Of a DNA stretch of 64,000 nucleotides, positions 41,201 to 52,906 are shown piece by piece. Source of the DNA: Eledone cirrhosa (lineage: Eukaryota); NCBI GenBank assembly GCA_964016885.1, contig OZ024744.1, positions 5,828,001-5,892,000 on the forward strand, written 5' to 3'. Each line of letters opens with the position of its first letter. Position 1 is the first letter of the stretch. A model generated the notes under the pieces. The model ran no database searches and had not been told where the DNA came from. It worked only from the letters and a program-made list of their open reading frames with translations. The position numbers and the translations under genes are program-made.

Positions 41201-41659
41201 TACAGACACGGGCGCCCGGATAGCGACCCCTCGAAAAAGATCTGTCCCAGATGCGTGTGCGACGAGGAAACCGTTGCACACGCATTGGTATACTGCTCGG
41301 GCATTGCTGATCTGTGGGGCTATGTCGAACAACTGCTGTCAAGGGTGTGACCGATACGGTTGACCACCGAGTCTATTGTAACGATCAAGCCGCCTACCCT
41401 CTTCAAAAACGAAGAAGAGGCGGTGTTTCTGTGCGTAATAGCCATGGCGAAAGAGGTTGTATGGTGGACGCGTCTGAAAGGACTGAGGTCAGACACCTTT
41501 CTCTCTGGCCAACAACTGGTCCGTTTCTTCCGATATCATTTCGGAAGAAGGATCAGGATGGAGAGAGAGGTGCTGCACCCCAGCCGTTTTTATGAAAGAT
41601 GGATGAAAGTGGCGAGAATGGCCCGTGTGAATGGGCCTTCACTCTACATCAGACTATAG
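38222..41659 (+). pseudogene. LINE ORF2 (AP endonuclease, reverse transcriptase, C-terminal Zn finger); one frame with two in-frame TGA stops
   Basis: APE motifs LNARGL, ICE, (G>R)DWN, SYLDR, SDH; RT motifs KSPGLDG, NFRPI, LDQSKAFDRV, IRQGCPLS, YADD; Zn finger CPRC..ETVAHALVYC. ORFs 38198, 39317 and 41360 share a frame, with stops at 39308-39310 and 41348-41350. Confidence 0.92.
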
Positions 41660-42170
41660 GTGAGGAAGATGAAAGACCAAGGGAGCATCCCTTCTCTGTG
41701 CTCCTGAGGAAAACGGTTGCACACTTTTTTCGGGGGTGTGTGCGACCTGCCAAGGCGCCTCCTCTCTATTGAGGATGTTGTTATAAATTTTATTCTGTTA
41801 TATTTTATTTTTATATTTTGTTATTGCCTCCTCCTTATTGAGGACGCCTTGTTTTGTAAACTTCCCCCATTGTACTTGTCCCACTTTTGATGCCCTGGTG
41901 GCAAATAAAAGAAACATATCTATCTATCTATCTATCCATCTATCTCTCTACCAGACGTGTGTAACTACGCGGAGAAGTTTCCGTTAATTTATGTAAGAAA
42001 AAAACGTGAGTTTTCAGTTAATTTTTATATTATTGTGTAACTTGACCCCCCGACTGGACCTTCAGCGGTGGGTCAACTCATTTTCGCCCCTACAGGGGCG
42101 AAATATTCGTCTGAAAAATTTTTTCTCCATCGAATTTTTGCAAAAATTTCGTAAGAAGTTTGATTACGTT

Positions 42171-44077
42171 ATGAACGCTGCGTCCAACGATAATGGTGGT
42201 GGAGAGTCGGTAAGACTACATAGCTCGCAGTCAACATCGTCTTCTTCCCTAGATACTATGGAGATGGAAAGACGAAATGAAAATGTAAAAACAAATTCAT
42301 ATCCAAACAACACAAATGACACCAAACAATACAATGACAACAAAAATAACAACAACACCAATAATGATGATAAAAACAACAATGACAACAACAACAAAGA
42401 AAAAAATAAAGACAACACCAATAACACCAGCATCAAAGACAACAACAACACCAACACCAACACCAAGGAAAATACGAATAATATCAACATCAGTGACAAC
42501 AAGAATAACAACAACAATAACAACAATAATGACAACACCACCAACACGGATAATTCGACAAAGAAACCAAATTTCCTTTGCACAGACAGTTAAAAAAAAG
42601 GAGGAACTGACATATCTCGACATAACAAATGCCGAACAACTTTTAAAGGACGCTAGGAGATATGTCACTCTCGAAAAAAATGGTGCTTTCAGCATCAATT
42701 CTCCGGTAGAAATTCGCAAGGAAACTGCTCTCAAAACGATAGTTTTTAGGACAGTTTCCAATTCTACCCTAAAACCAGTCCAATTGTCACAGAAAGAAAT
42801 TGAACTGGTTTTCAAAAATTCAATGAATGATATTGCATTCATTCAAAGAAGCAAACTTTTTGGGAGTATTTCGGTACTCATGAAGGATCAATTGACGGCC
42901 CAAAATTACACTGTGTCGCCAATTGTATCCAACCTGTATACATTTTTCCCTACATACATGGGAAAAAGGACACAAAAGATTAAAATCACGAGTGTCACGC
43001 CAAAGGTGAACATATGGTGGATACTGTGCGGCTTCATCAATTTTGATGAAGACAGAATAGTGTCAGTAGGAAAGTCCCCCAGAGATGTATTCAATGGGAC
43101 TAGCATTGAAGTTCTGGTGCAAGTGATCCCAGAGCGAATAGCTATGATCCCACAACGTGTACTCCTGGACGGACTCACCTACATAAACTGTTCGGTTGAG
43201 GGTAGGCAGCCTTCATGTTACCATTTCTTTAGCAGGGGTCACCTGAGGGCTTCCTGTCCTAAATTAATGAGTCAAAAAAAGGCTCCTCTGCCGACACCCA
43301 TCAAAACAACACAACCACAACAACAACAACACCAACACACAAAAATAATCACAACAAACACAGTCCCACCCAACCCCACTCCACCTAAAACCACTGCAAA
43401 ATCACACACAGGCACAACAGCTCCCGAAGACATACCCGTCCCCAATCACACAGACGATACAACAGATGAGGCTATCTCGCCATCACCCAGTGAGAACCCC
43501 ATCGCTCGAAAAGAAAGGATAGACATCACAAAAGCAAAAAACCAGCAAACACTAGCACAAACATACAACCACCAACACAAACAACAGAAACATCACAAAC
43601 AAACCCCCACCTCCTGAAAACAAAATACCTACAACAAAACGAAAGCACACACAAGAACTACAGACAAAAACAAACACAACACAAGAAAATTACACTTACA
43701 CTTACATAAACACTGAAAACAAAACACTAATGGAGACCATCACGAACGACCCTTCGGTGAAAACCGAAGGGAAAACTTTCGCCCACTCTATTAAAAATAA
43801 CAAAAAACTGAACCTAAAACTGATTAGGGTCCCTATACAAACTTATAGGTCCCTAAAAGAAACATTTGAAAAGGATGTGGGGAATTCCTGCGTGAAACCA
43901 CTTAACCGCGTCCTTCTCAAATGTCTCCCCACCCCAGACACCCCCATCCCACCAGACCCCACCTCACCAAACATCTCCGTCCCCACCCCGCCGGAAACCA
44001 CCGCCCACCCAGGCAACCCCTCCAATACCTCCATGGAAATCGTGCAGCCTGGTCCCCAGGAGACGAAGGGTGGGTGA
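42171..44077 (+). pseudogene. ORF1 of copy B, frameshifted
   Basis: ATG at 42171, poly-Asn tract, frameshift near 42575 (NFSFA motif), degenerate knuckle CYHFFSRGHLRASC, another break near 43500-43620. C-terminal LNRVLLK...MEIVQP is shared with copy A. Confidence 0.85.
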
Positions 44078-44109
44078 TCTTTTTCCTCTTTTAACTTTTC
44101 AGCACCAAC

Positions 44110-47100
44110 ATGGCCAATATAAGAGTTGGATGTGTGAACGTACGCGGCCTGGGGATGCCCTGGAAACAGGGCAAACTCTTAAACGACCTCAGGTCGCACA
44201 GTATGGATGTGGTAGCCATTTGCGAGTCCAGGATCCACAGCGAGCGACAGCTGGCCCCCATCTTCGACGACTTTGAGATCTACGCATCTCTATGTCAACC
44301 GGGGGGTGGGGGTGGAGGAGTTGCCGTTTTGCTGCGGAAACACCTGGGCCTCGTAACACAGACGTTACATCTGGACCCGGAGGGTCGACTGGTGGTCCTA
44401 GACGCTGACGGTAGTGAAGGTGGAGCCTTCAGGCTGGTGGCTGCATATGCCCCATCCGGGACACCACGGCGAGACTTCTTCAAACGTCTAGAGACTTTTC
44501 TGGGAACGTCCCGCTCCTTGCTTTTAGTGGGGGACTGGAATGGAATCCTAGATGCACGTTGGGACTATGTGGGAGCATGTCCCGATAAAGGGGGGTGTAA
44601 CAGCCTCAAACAGTTAATCGACCGATTTGACCTGGCCGATAGATATCGACTAGATTTTCCGACTGTGCCACTGTGGACGTGGACTAATCGCAGTAGAACA
44701 TCTAGATCGTACCTAGATAGGGTTCTAGTTAGAAATAAGGATAGGGACATGTTAAGCTGTCCACAAATGTTCATGGTTGCCTATTCAGATCACAAACTAG
44801 TGACCTGCATGGCCAACCTTGATAGAACCCATAGACAAAGACCCGGCTACTGGAAGCTGAACTTGTCGTTATCGACAAGCAAAGCCTAGAGTAGACAGAT
44901 TAGCACTTTTGTTAAACAGCACTTGACAGGTGCCATTGTCAACAACAGATGGTGGTACTCTCTCAAGAGGGCAGTTAGATTAGACTCGTTAGTTTTTAGT
45001 AAAGAATTAGCGTTAGATAGAAATAGAACCGAGAAGGAACTGGTAGATAAATTAGAAGAGGCAATTAGAAGTGGCAACGTAGCCAGCGTGCTAGCAACGA
45101 GAACGGCCTTGGACCAGTTCTTCGACGCAAAGAACGAGGGCTGCGTTGTCAGAAGCAAAATATGTGCTCTGGGAAACGAGGGAGCCAAAGCTGTTAGCTG
45201 GGCCCGAGTGACGGAGGCAAAAAGTGGCAACAAGTCCACGATTCGGTCTTTGAAGGACCAAAACGGACGCGTGATACGTGAAACGAAGCAGATGTGTGCA
45301 GTCTTTCAGCGGCACTTTGCTCAACTGTTCGGGCGGTTCGGCGCGCCGGGAGGGGCTATGGATTTCGGTCCATACCTCGACGGCCTACCGCGACTCTCGG
45401 ACAGCGAGGCAAAGTTCTGCGAAAAGCCGATTTCAGCCGCTGAGATAGGGGACGCGCTTAGCCAATGCGGCAAACGCAAATCTCCAGGTCTCGACGGTCT
45501 ACCCTACGAATTTTACGTAGCAATGCCGGACTTATTCTCCGGCCTCCTGGAAGCGGTCTACTGCAACTGGCAACAGAACGGGAGAATTCCCAGTTCTGTA
45601 ACCGGGGGCGTGGTCACACTAGTCAGAAAGGACGAGAATAAGGGGGATGACATAGGCAACTTCCGGCCATAACTCTGCTAAACACAGAGTTACAGATTTT
45701 GGCCAAGGTGTTGGCAAAGAGGCTGGCGCTTGTCGTCGAGAACCTGGTGGGAGAAGCGAAGACATGCGCAATACCGACCAGCTCCATACACGGCAACCTC
45801 CACCTCATGCGATACATCATAGAGAGGGTATGGTGTAAACCCGGCTTCGGTGGGGCCCTGATCAACTTGGATCAGTCTAAGGCTTTCGATAGGGTTGACC
45901 ATCGTTACCTGGATGCGGTGCTCGAGGCGGCAGGCTTGGGACCCGTGTTCAGGGGCTGGATTGCTGCAATGCACAACAGCAACATCTGCTCAAGGGTCAA
46001 GGTGAACGGCTACCTCTCGGAGCCGTTCCATATTACGCGATCCATTCGACAGGGATGCCCTCTCTCCTCCCTTCTGTATGTACTGACTCTCGAGCCACTA
46101 CTGCGGAAGTTGGAGCTATTGCAGGGCATCCCTCTGGAACCGGGACTGCGGAAAGCGGGGTCGGCCTACGCCGACGATGTGACAGTAATGGTGTCGAGCG
46201 CCTGGAAATCGAGGAAGTAGGCACCTTACTGAAGGAATACGAAAGTTTCACAGGAGCGAAGCTGAACCGGGACAAGTCCATCGGTTTGCAACTCGGATCG
46301 TGGAGAGGCAAACCGATGCCTTCCGATGGCGTCGTCGGACGCTGGACGGAAGGACCGGTAAAGCTGCTCGGGGTCTGATTTGGTCCGGACCTCCAGGTGG
46401 AGAAGAACTGGAACGAAGTGACGGCCAAGGTATTTGCACTCACTCAGAAGTTGGCCGAGTGAAAACTATCCTTGAAAGGTCGAGCGGAGGTGGAGAACAC
46501 TTTTATAGCGTCCGCCATCTACTACCGCTTGACCGTCGTGCCTTGTCCAGCCCAAACGCTCTCCAAAATGGAGCGCGCGCTCTTCCAATTCCTTTGGAAG
46601 AGGCGGGCTCCTTTGGTGAGAAGATCCATCTGCTGCCAACATCCTTCTAACGGAGGGCTGGGGTTGCCGTGGTTGACGATGCGCAAACACGCGCTCAGGC
46701 TGCGGCATCTCTACGTATTCCTCACCGGACAACCGGTGTGGGCCCCGTTCGTGAGGCGAGCCTTCCCACGACTGGTCTCACTGACCGACCTGCAGTCCTG
46801 GGTCAAGCAAAGACCGAGGAAAATGGGCGACTGGCACATCGAATGTGCTCAGGCGCTCACAGCCCTCTGGCAGGCGGACCCGGCGATCAGTGGAGACTCC
46901 ACTTCGCCATTCTATAGAGGGTTGTGACGCAGCAAGTGCGACGACGCGCTCGGTGAAACTCTAGGCGTAGAGGAAGATGAACTGACTAGTCTGTTCGGTA
47001 GGACCTTCCGCCCGGGACCAATGGACAACTTCCAAAAGTCCCTGGCCTGGCAGTGCTACCGAGGAGCTCTACCAGTTCGAGAAAAGCTCTACAGACATGG

Positions 47101-47548
47101 GCGCCCTGGCAGGGACCCTGCAAAAAAGATCTGTCCGAGATACGTGCGAGACGAAGAAACCGTCGCGCACGCATTCATACACTGCCCGGGCGTCACTGAC
47201 CTGTGGGGCTATGTAGAACGACTATTGTCGCGGGTGGGACCAATCCAGTTGACCACCGAGTCCATTGTCATGATCAAACCGCCACCCTCCTTCAAAAACG
47301 AAGGAGTGGCGGTTTTCCTTTGTGTGATAGCTATGGCGAAAGAGGTTGTATGGTGAACAAGGTTGAAAGGGCTGAGGTCAGACACCTTTCTCTCCGGCCA
47401 ACAACTGATTCTTTTTTTCAAATACCACTTTGGAAGAAGAATCAGGATGGAGAGAGAGGTGCTGTACCCCAGCAAGTTTTATGAAAGGTGGGTGAAAGTG
47501 GCGAGAATGGCACGAGTGAATGGGCCTTCTCTCTATATCAGCCTGTAG
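44110..47548 (+). pseudogene. ORF2 of copy B (APE, RT, Zn finger), disrupted
   Basis: GDWN, SDH, LDQSKAFDRV, QGCPLS and YADD motifs. Stops at 44887, 46376, 46460, 46925 and 47354; frameshifts near 45670 and 46200. Confidence 0.9.
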
Positions 47549-47788
47549 GTTGAGGAAAAGGAGGAGGAGAGGAAAGGAGTACAAACTCTTCGTACTCCTG
47601 GAGATGAGGGTTGCACATTTTTTCGGGGGTATGTGTTACCCATATGAACTGTCTCCCCCTATTGGGGAAAATCGACTAATTTTTTAAATTGCATTTGTGA
47701 TAACATTTTACACGTTTTTATTGTATGTAAACTTCCCCCTTTGTATTTGTCCCCTTCTTTTGTGCCCCTGTGGCTAATAAAGAAACAT

Positions 47789-47797
47789 ATCTATCTA

Positions 47798-47829
<32 letters not shown>

Positions 47830-48446
47830 CACACAGACACACATACAAATATACATACATGCGCGCATCTATACGTACATCCATATACACTCTTACATTA
47901 GACATATAAGCGCGTCAATCATATATACATACTCATACACATACACACATACATCCACACACACACACACACATATATATATATACATACATACGCATAC
48001 ACATACATACACACAATATGCATACATATACGCATACACACACATATTATGTATATATATATATATATATATCGTAACTCCACCTTCGTGGAGGCCTTCC
48101 GAGTGCTCGTTTCCGCTCGCGCGGATACCACTCGGCAACTGCGATTTTAGGAATACGATTGAGACTATATGGATGAGAAAAGCACGATCCAGAGAGGAAT
48201 GGACGTCGTGCTGTGACCAGCGGTCAAGGTGATCAAGGTGATATATATCTATATATACATACATACATACACGAACGCTCACACACATACACATACATAC
48301 ATAAAAACAAACACATATATATATATGAAAGAAAATATATACACACACTCACGATAAAAACCCACGCAATATATAAAGTAAGAAAGGACATGCATAAGAT
48401 ATATTTAAAAATGCCAAAAATAATAAAAATTATAAAAATTAACAGC

Positions 48447-48503
<57 letters not shown>
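47789..48503. repeat. Compound (ATCT)/(CT)/(TA)/(CA) microsatellite field
   Basis: Alternating dinucleotide runs, interrupted by the RTE fragment at 48071-48242. Confidence 0.85.
48071..48242 (+). mobile_element. 3'-terminal fragment of an RTE-like LINE with inverted 5' portion
   Basis: The minus strand of 48071-48142 reads AVAEWYPRERKRALGRPPRRWSY. The plus strand from 48143 continues DFRNTIETIWMRKARSREEWTSCCDQR, matching the W.P...KR..GRP..RW / W...A..R..W C-terminus typical of RTE ORFs. Tail is (TCAAGGTGA)2. Confidence 0.75.
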
Positions 48504-48504
<1 letters not shown>

Positions 48505-48680
48505 TGAAACAAAATGAAAACGAAATTTCATTTCTCACTCTTAGTATGGCACTTACTTAAATGTAAGTATGCATGTATACGTACATACATATATGTATAC
48601 AGACGTACAGTAGCATGCACATATATATATATATATACATATATACATACATATGCATACAGGTACACATACATATGGGT

Positions 48681-48727
48681 AAACGGTGCTGATGATAGCT
48701 AACAAGCTTGAAACTAGTACATCGTTC
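48681..48727 (+). ncRNA. Minimal type I hammerhead ribozyme, copy 1
   Basis: Stem I AACGGTG/CATCGTT, core CTGATGA, stem II AGC/GCT, then GAAAC-TA-GTA with palindromic ACTAGT stem III. Confidence 0.8.
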
Positions 48728-49154
48728 CTGTGTCAGTGTTGAACAAAGGGGTGACGTGGTTGCCTTAACACCGTGTGGCATAAATTCAGGCTGTTCAGTT
48801 TGTTTACAAACGAACAAAGCGACGTTATAATAAGCGCCGCTAAACTGATACGTGCATATATGTATGTGTACCTGTATGCATATGTATGTATATATGTATA
48901 TATATATATATATATGTGCATGCTACTGTACGTCTGTATACATATATGTATGTACGTATACATGCATACTTACATTTAAGTAAGTGCCATACTAAGAGTG
49001 AGAAATGAAATTTCGTTTTCATTTTGTTTCAAAGTATCGTTTTCGGTATGCCTGACCGATTTAACTCACTCAATATGCAAATTAGGCTGCTCAGCTGTTA
49101 ATTTTCATAAGGAAAGTATATACTTTCGAACGTTCAACTATCTGGCAGATGGGT

Positions 49155-49201
49155 AAACGGTGCTGATGATAGCTAACAAGCTTGAAACTAGTACATCGTT
49201 C
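49155..49201 (+). ncRNA. Minimal type I hammerhead ribozyme, copy 2
   Basis: Same motif as copy 1. Confidence 0.8.
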
Positions 49202-49626
49202 CTGTGTCAGTGTTGAACAAAGGGGTGACGTGGTTGCCTTAACACCGTGTGGCATAAATTCAGGCTGTTCAGTTTGTTTACAAACGAACAAAGCGACGTT
49301 ATAATAAGCGCCGCTAAACTGATACGTGCATATATGTATGTGTACCTGTATGCATATGTATGTATATATGTATATATATATATATATGTGCATGCTACTG
49401 TACGTCTGTATACATATATGTATGTACGTATACATGCATACTTACATTTAAGTAAGTGCCATACTAAGAGTGAGAAATGAAATTTCGTTTTCATTTTGTT
49501 TCAATTTATCGTTTTCGGTATGCCTGACCGATTTAACTCACTCAATATGCAAATTAGGCTGCTCAGCCGTTAATTTTCATAAGGAAAGTATATACTTTCG
49601 AACGTTCAACTATCTGGCAGATGGGT

Positions 49627-49673
49627 AAACGGTGCTGATGATAGCTAACAAGCTTGAAACTAGTACATCGTTC
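49627..49673 (+). ncRNA. Minimal type I hammerhead ribozyme, copy 3
   Basis: Same motif as copy 1. Confidence 0.8.
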
Positions 49674-50509
49674 CTGTGTCAGTGTTGAACAAAGGGGTGA
49701 CGTGGTTGCCTTAACACCGTGTGGCATAAATTCAGGCTGTTCAGTTTGTTTACAAACGAACAAAGCGACGTTATAATAAGCGCCGCTAAACTGATACGTG
49801 CATATATGTATGTGTACCTGTATGCATATGTATGTATATATGTATATATATATATATATGTGCATGCTACTGTACGTCTGTATACATATATGTATGTACG
49901 TATACATGCATACTTACATATATATATATTTATATATATAAATATATATATATATATAAATATGAGGAAACATAATAGTGCCACAGACGTGCGACGAAAG
50001 AACTTTGATAGACTATATATATATCTGTATTTTTAACCGTTGGTCAGTCAATGATAAACATTGATTGCCAAATAAATTAACAGTGGAGATATAAAAGATA
50101 CAGAAAACCAACCAAACAGTGAGTGTGTTCTGTTGTTATTTCTGTAATATCATAACAATATGAACCTCCCCAAGTATAACAATATATATATATATGATAA
50201 GAATAAAGATAAAATAAAAAATATTTTAAAAATGATAAATAAAAGTAAAAAATAAATACATGGATACATTAAGAGAAAGATACAAAACGGGCCAGACAGT
50301 CATACATATATATACATACAAATATGTAAACACGCACATATATGTAAATATACATACACACGCTTATCCGCATATATAAATACATACATACACTCAAACA
50401 TATACATATATATATATACACATATATATATATATATATATGTATATGTCGGTGTAAAGATATATAGAAAAATACAATGTCGACATACAGATTTATACAT
50501 ACATATATA

Positions 50510-50511
<2 letters not shown>

Positions 50512-50578
<67 letters not shown>

Positions 50579-50597
50579 ATTTATATATATATATATT
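50512..50597. repeat. (TC)n followed by (TA)n microsatellite
   Basis: Near-perfect TC run of about 65 bp. Confidence 0.95.
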
Positions 50598-50701
50598 TGT
50601 TCAATGAAAAATAGTTAGTTGATTCAGCATCAGCTGACCTTTATATAACAGATGTAAAGCACTCAACGGTATATGCTTATCCGGAATTTAATCATAATAA
50701 T

Positions 50702-50886
50702 TGTTTCTACTTTAGGCACAAGGCCAGCAATTAACCAGTACATTACTGGTACTTTATTTTATCGACCCCGTAAGGATGAAAGGCAAAGTTAACCTCGGCG
50801 GGATTTGAACTCAGACTGTAAAGGGACGTAACTCTGCTAGAAAGCATGGCGTCCAACCCTCTACCGATACTGCCAATTCAACGCCC
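50702..50886 (-). mobile_element. tRNA-derived SINE (cephalopod-type, Nin/Deu-like central domain)
   Basis: Minus strand has A box TGGCAGTATCGG, B box GAGTTCAAATCC, central GCCTTTCATCCTTACGGGGTCGATAAAATAAAGTACCAG and 3' end GGCCTTGTGCCTAAAGTAGAAAC. Confidence 0.85.
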
Positions 50887-50887
50887 T

Positions 50888-51077
50888 TTGTTTCTATCTT
50901 AGGCACAAGGCCAGCAATTAAAACAGTGTATTACTGGTACTTTATTTTATCGAACCCGTAAGGATGAAAGGCAAAGTTAACCTCGGAGGGATTTGAACTC
51001 AGATCATAAAGGGACGTAACTCTAAGCTTCAAAGCATGGTGTCCGACTCTCTACCGATACTGCCAATCCACCGTCCG
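50888..51077 (-). mobile_element. tRNA-derived SINE, second copy in tandem
   Basis: Same A/B boxes and body. The pair is enclosed by the 15-bp direct repeat TTTAATCATAATAAT (50687-50701, 51078-51092). Confidence 0.85.
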
Positions 51078-51503
51078 TTTAATCATAATAATAAAAAACA
51101 AAAGACAGTTACTTTAGTCCATCCCAATTTATTTTATTATACGTATTTCGAAGATGCAAGGCTTATTGTATAACAAAAGCCAAAATATGTCCTCTTCAGA
51201 TGAAATCCACTGGAGGTGTAAAAATCATTTGATATGCAGGCGGTCAGACGAGCTGTTCAGATCAGTGACCAGAACGCATATGCTTGGAAGAAACGTCAAC
51301 ACGTTAGATATTATATGAGTGGGAGAAATATTACAGTTGGTATTGACGTTTTTGAACTGGCAAGAGTATGATGATACCAGATTGGTAAGAAGAATCAAAA
51401 CAAAAACAAATATTGACCGTTAGTCTATATATTTATAACTTGTGTTAGATTAAATTGGATACTTTACCAAAAAATATATATTCGAAGATGCTAAAGTAAT
51501 AAT

Positions 51504-51621
51504 TGTTTCTACTTTTGGCACAAGGCCAGCAATTAAAACAGTGTATTACTGGTACTTTATTTTATCGACCCCGTAAGGATGAAAGGCAAAGTCAACCTCG
51601 GCGGGATTTGAACTCAGTCCG
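51504..51621 (-). mobile_element. 5'-truncated SINE of the same family
   Basis: Runs from the B box to the 3' end. 18-bp TSD AGATGCTAAA(G/C)TAATAAT at 51486-51503 and 51622-51639. Confidence 0.85.
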
Positions 51622-52906
51622 AGATGCTAAACTAATAATGTAACTATATAATAAAGAAAACAATTTTAAATGCCTAATTTCGTAGACAATTTATCTTATT
51701 TTATGTTTATCAGGATACCGGATTAATAATTTAGTTCAAAGGAAAAATGCGTGTATTATAGCTTAATTTGTCAATTTATATTAAGATTAATTCACTTTTA
51801 TAGTAATTAAAGTTAAAATAAATTTAAATGCTATAAAGAACTATTATAATGTTTATTTGGTCTATTTAGCTTTATTAACGATTTAAAAATAAAAATAAAA
51901 TAGCTTAAAAACAATATAAAGAAATTTTATATTACTTATTTTATAGTCTATCAAGTTTTATTTAAAATTCAATTAAATACCCCATGAAACGTTTTTCTAA
52001 ACTTGTGAAGACAAGAACTGAAGATTTCCGAGCGTTTATTCATAATTAATTGTCTATTATGAATGATGTGGAGAACCTCTGTGGTACAGAGGTCACATCC
52101 CTTAGATATAGATACATTTTCATAAGTCAAAGCACGAGAAAGTTTCTGCCAAGAAAGGGGATATTCGATATTATTATTTTTAAGTGATCAAATCAATTCA
52201 GAGAGGTCCGTGCTAAATCTTTTATCTTTTCTTTTAAACGAGTGGCGATGGTTATACCACCTTTCTTTAAATTTAAAAGAGGCGGCATCAATATAACTAT
52301 AAGACTTATTTAAGATGTTGTTAATTCCGTTAGTAATTCTATGATTTTTATTGTCAGTTATTTCCCTATGTTTAATTCCGAGATTTCTATAGTTAAATTT
52401 TAGCTATATTTTGGGCAATATTTTTAATAGTTGAGTAGAAAAGTTTAATTGTGTCGGTTACAGATTTTACTGTATTTATGTGATCTAGGAAAACATTTAT
52501 CTAATGCATTAAATAAAAGACAAGCTAAGTTCTTAATTCCGATGGATATTGGTGGATTATACCACACAACAGAACGGGATCCAATCCTCTTATGTGACTA
52601 ATTGGTTGTATAAGAGTTATATCCATTCGAAATCTGATTTGATATGATTTTTATCCAATCTTACTTTATCCCTAATTATAGCACCAAAAACTCCCTTACT
52701 TATTTACAAATATAATTAACATATTCATAGATATGTATGAATATGTTTGACTGCTAATATATTTACTTTTTCTATGTATGAACTTAGGTGTGTATATATG
52801 CGGTCATACGTATGTGATTATATTATTTTGTACGTACAGTTTTATGTGTATATATGTATGTTTTGTATACATATATGTATATTAATTATATATATACTGA
52901 TATAAT

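Larger units (their letters stand above)
36189..41916 (+). mobile_element. Full-length non-LTR retrotransposon, Tx1/L1 group, copy A
   Basis: 5'UTR, ORF1 with CCHC knuckle, ORF2 (APE-RT-Zn finger), and 3'UTR ending AATAAAAGAAACAT. Flanked by (ATCT)n at 36172-36188 and 41918-41944. Confidence 0.93.
41951..47787 (+). mobile_element. Full-length Tx1-group LINE, copy B (different subfamily, more decayed)
   Basis: Same architecture as copy A. It ends AATAAAGAAACAT followed by (ATCT)n/(CT)n/(TA)n and has several stops and frameshifts. Confidence 0.92.
48504..49918 (+). mobile_element. Non-autonomous hammerhead-bearing tandem element (~472-bp unit x ~2.6 plus inverted partial copy); Penelope pseudo-LTR/retrozyme-like
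   Basis: Near-identical units with hammerhead cores at 48689, 49163 and 49635. 48504-48676 is the reverse complement of 48858-49032. Both ends lie in (TA)n. Confidence 0.8.

Noticed and set aside
39308-41350. In-frame TGA codons in ORF2 as selenocysteine, readthrough or A-to-I-repairable stops
   Set aside because: They align to TGG (Trp) and GGA (Gly) in copy B, not Cys, and are not shared between copies; ordinary nonsense mutations explain them.
47741-50512. Many short Y/I/H/T/C/V-rich ORFs (also at 53-55, 60.5-60.8 and 63.3-63.9 kb)
   Set aside because: They are translations of (TA)/(CA)/(TG) microsatellites.
50800-51077. tRNA genes
   Set aside because: The A and B boxes belong to SINE heads; there is no cloverleaf, and a SINE body and TSD are present.
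51200-51390. Possible host exon (TTCAG acceptor near 51199, GTAAGA donor near 51385)
   Set aside because: All three frames contain stops between the sites and no protein motif is recognisable.
52038-52100. Two adjacent hairpins (ATTCATAAT/ATTATGAAT and GATGTG..ACCTCTGT/ACAGAGGT-CACATC) as a Helitron end or ncRNA
   Set aside because: There is no CTRR terminus at the expected spacing, no second copy and no other support.
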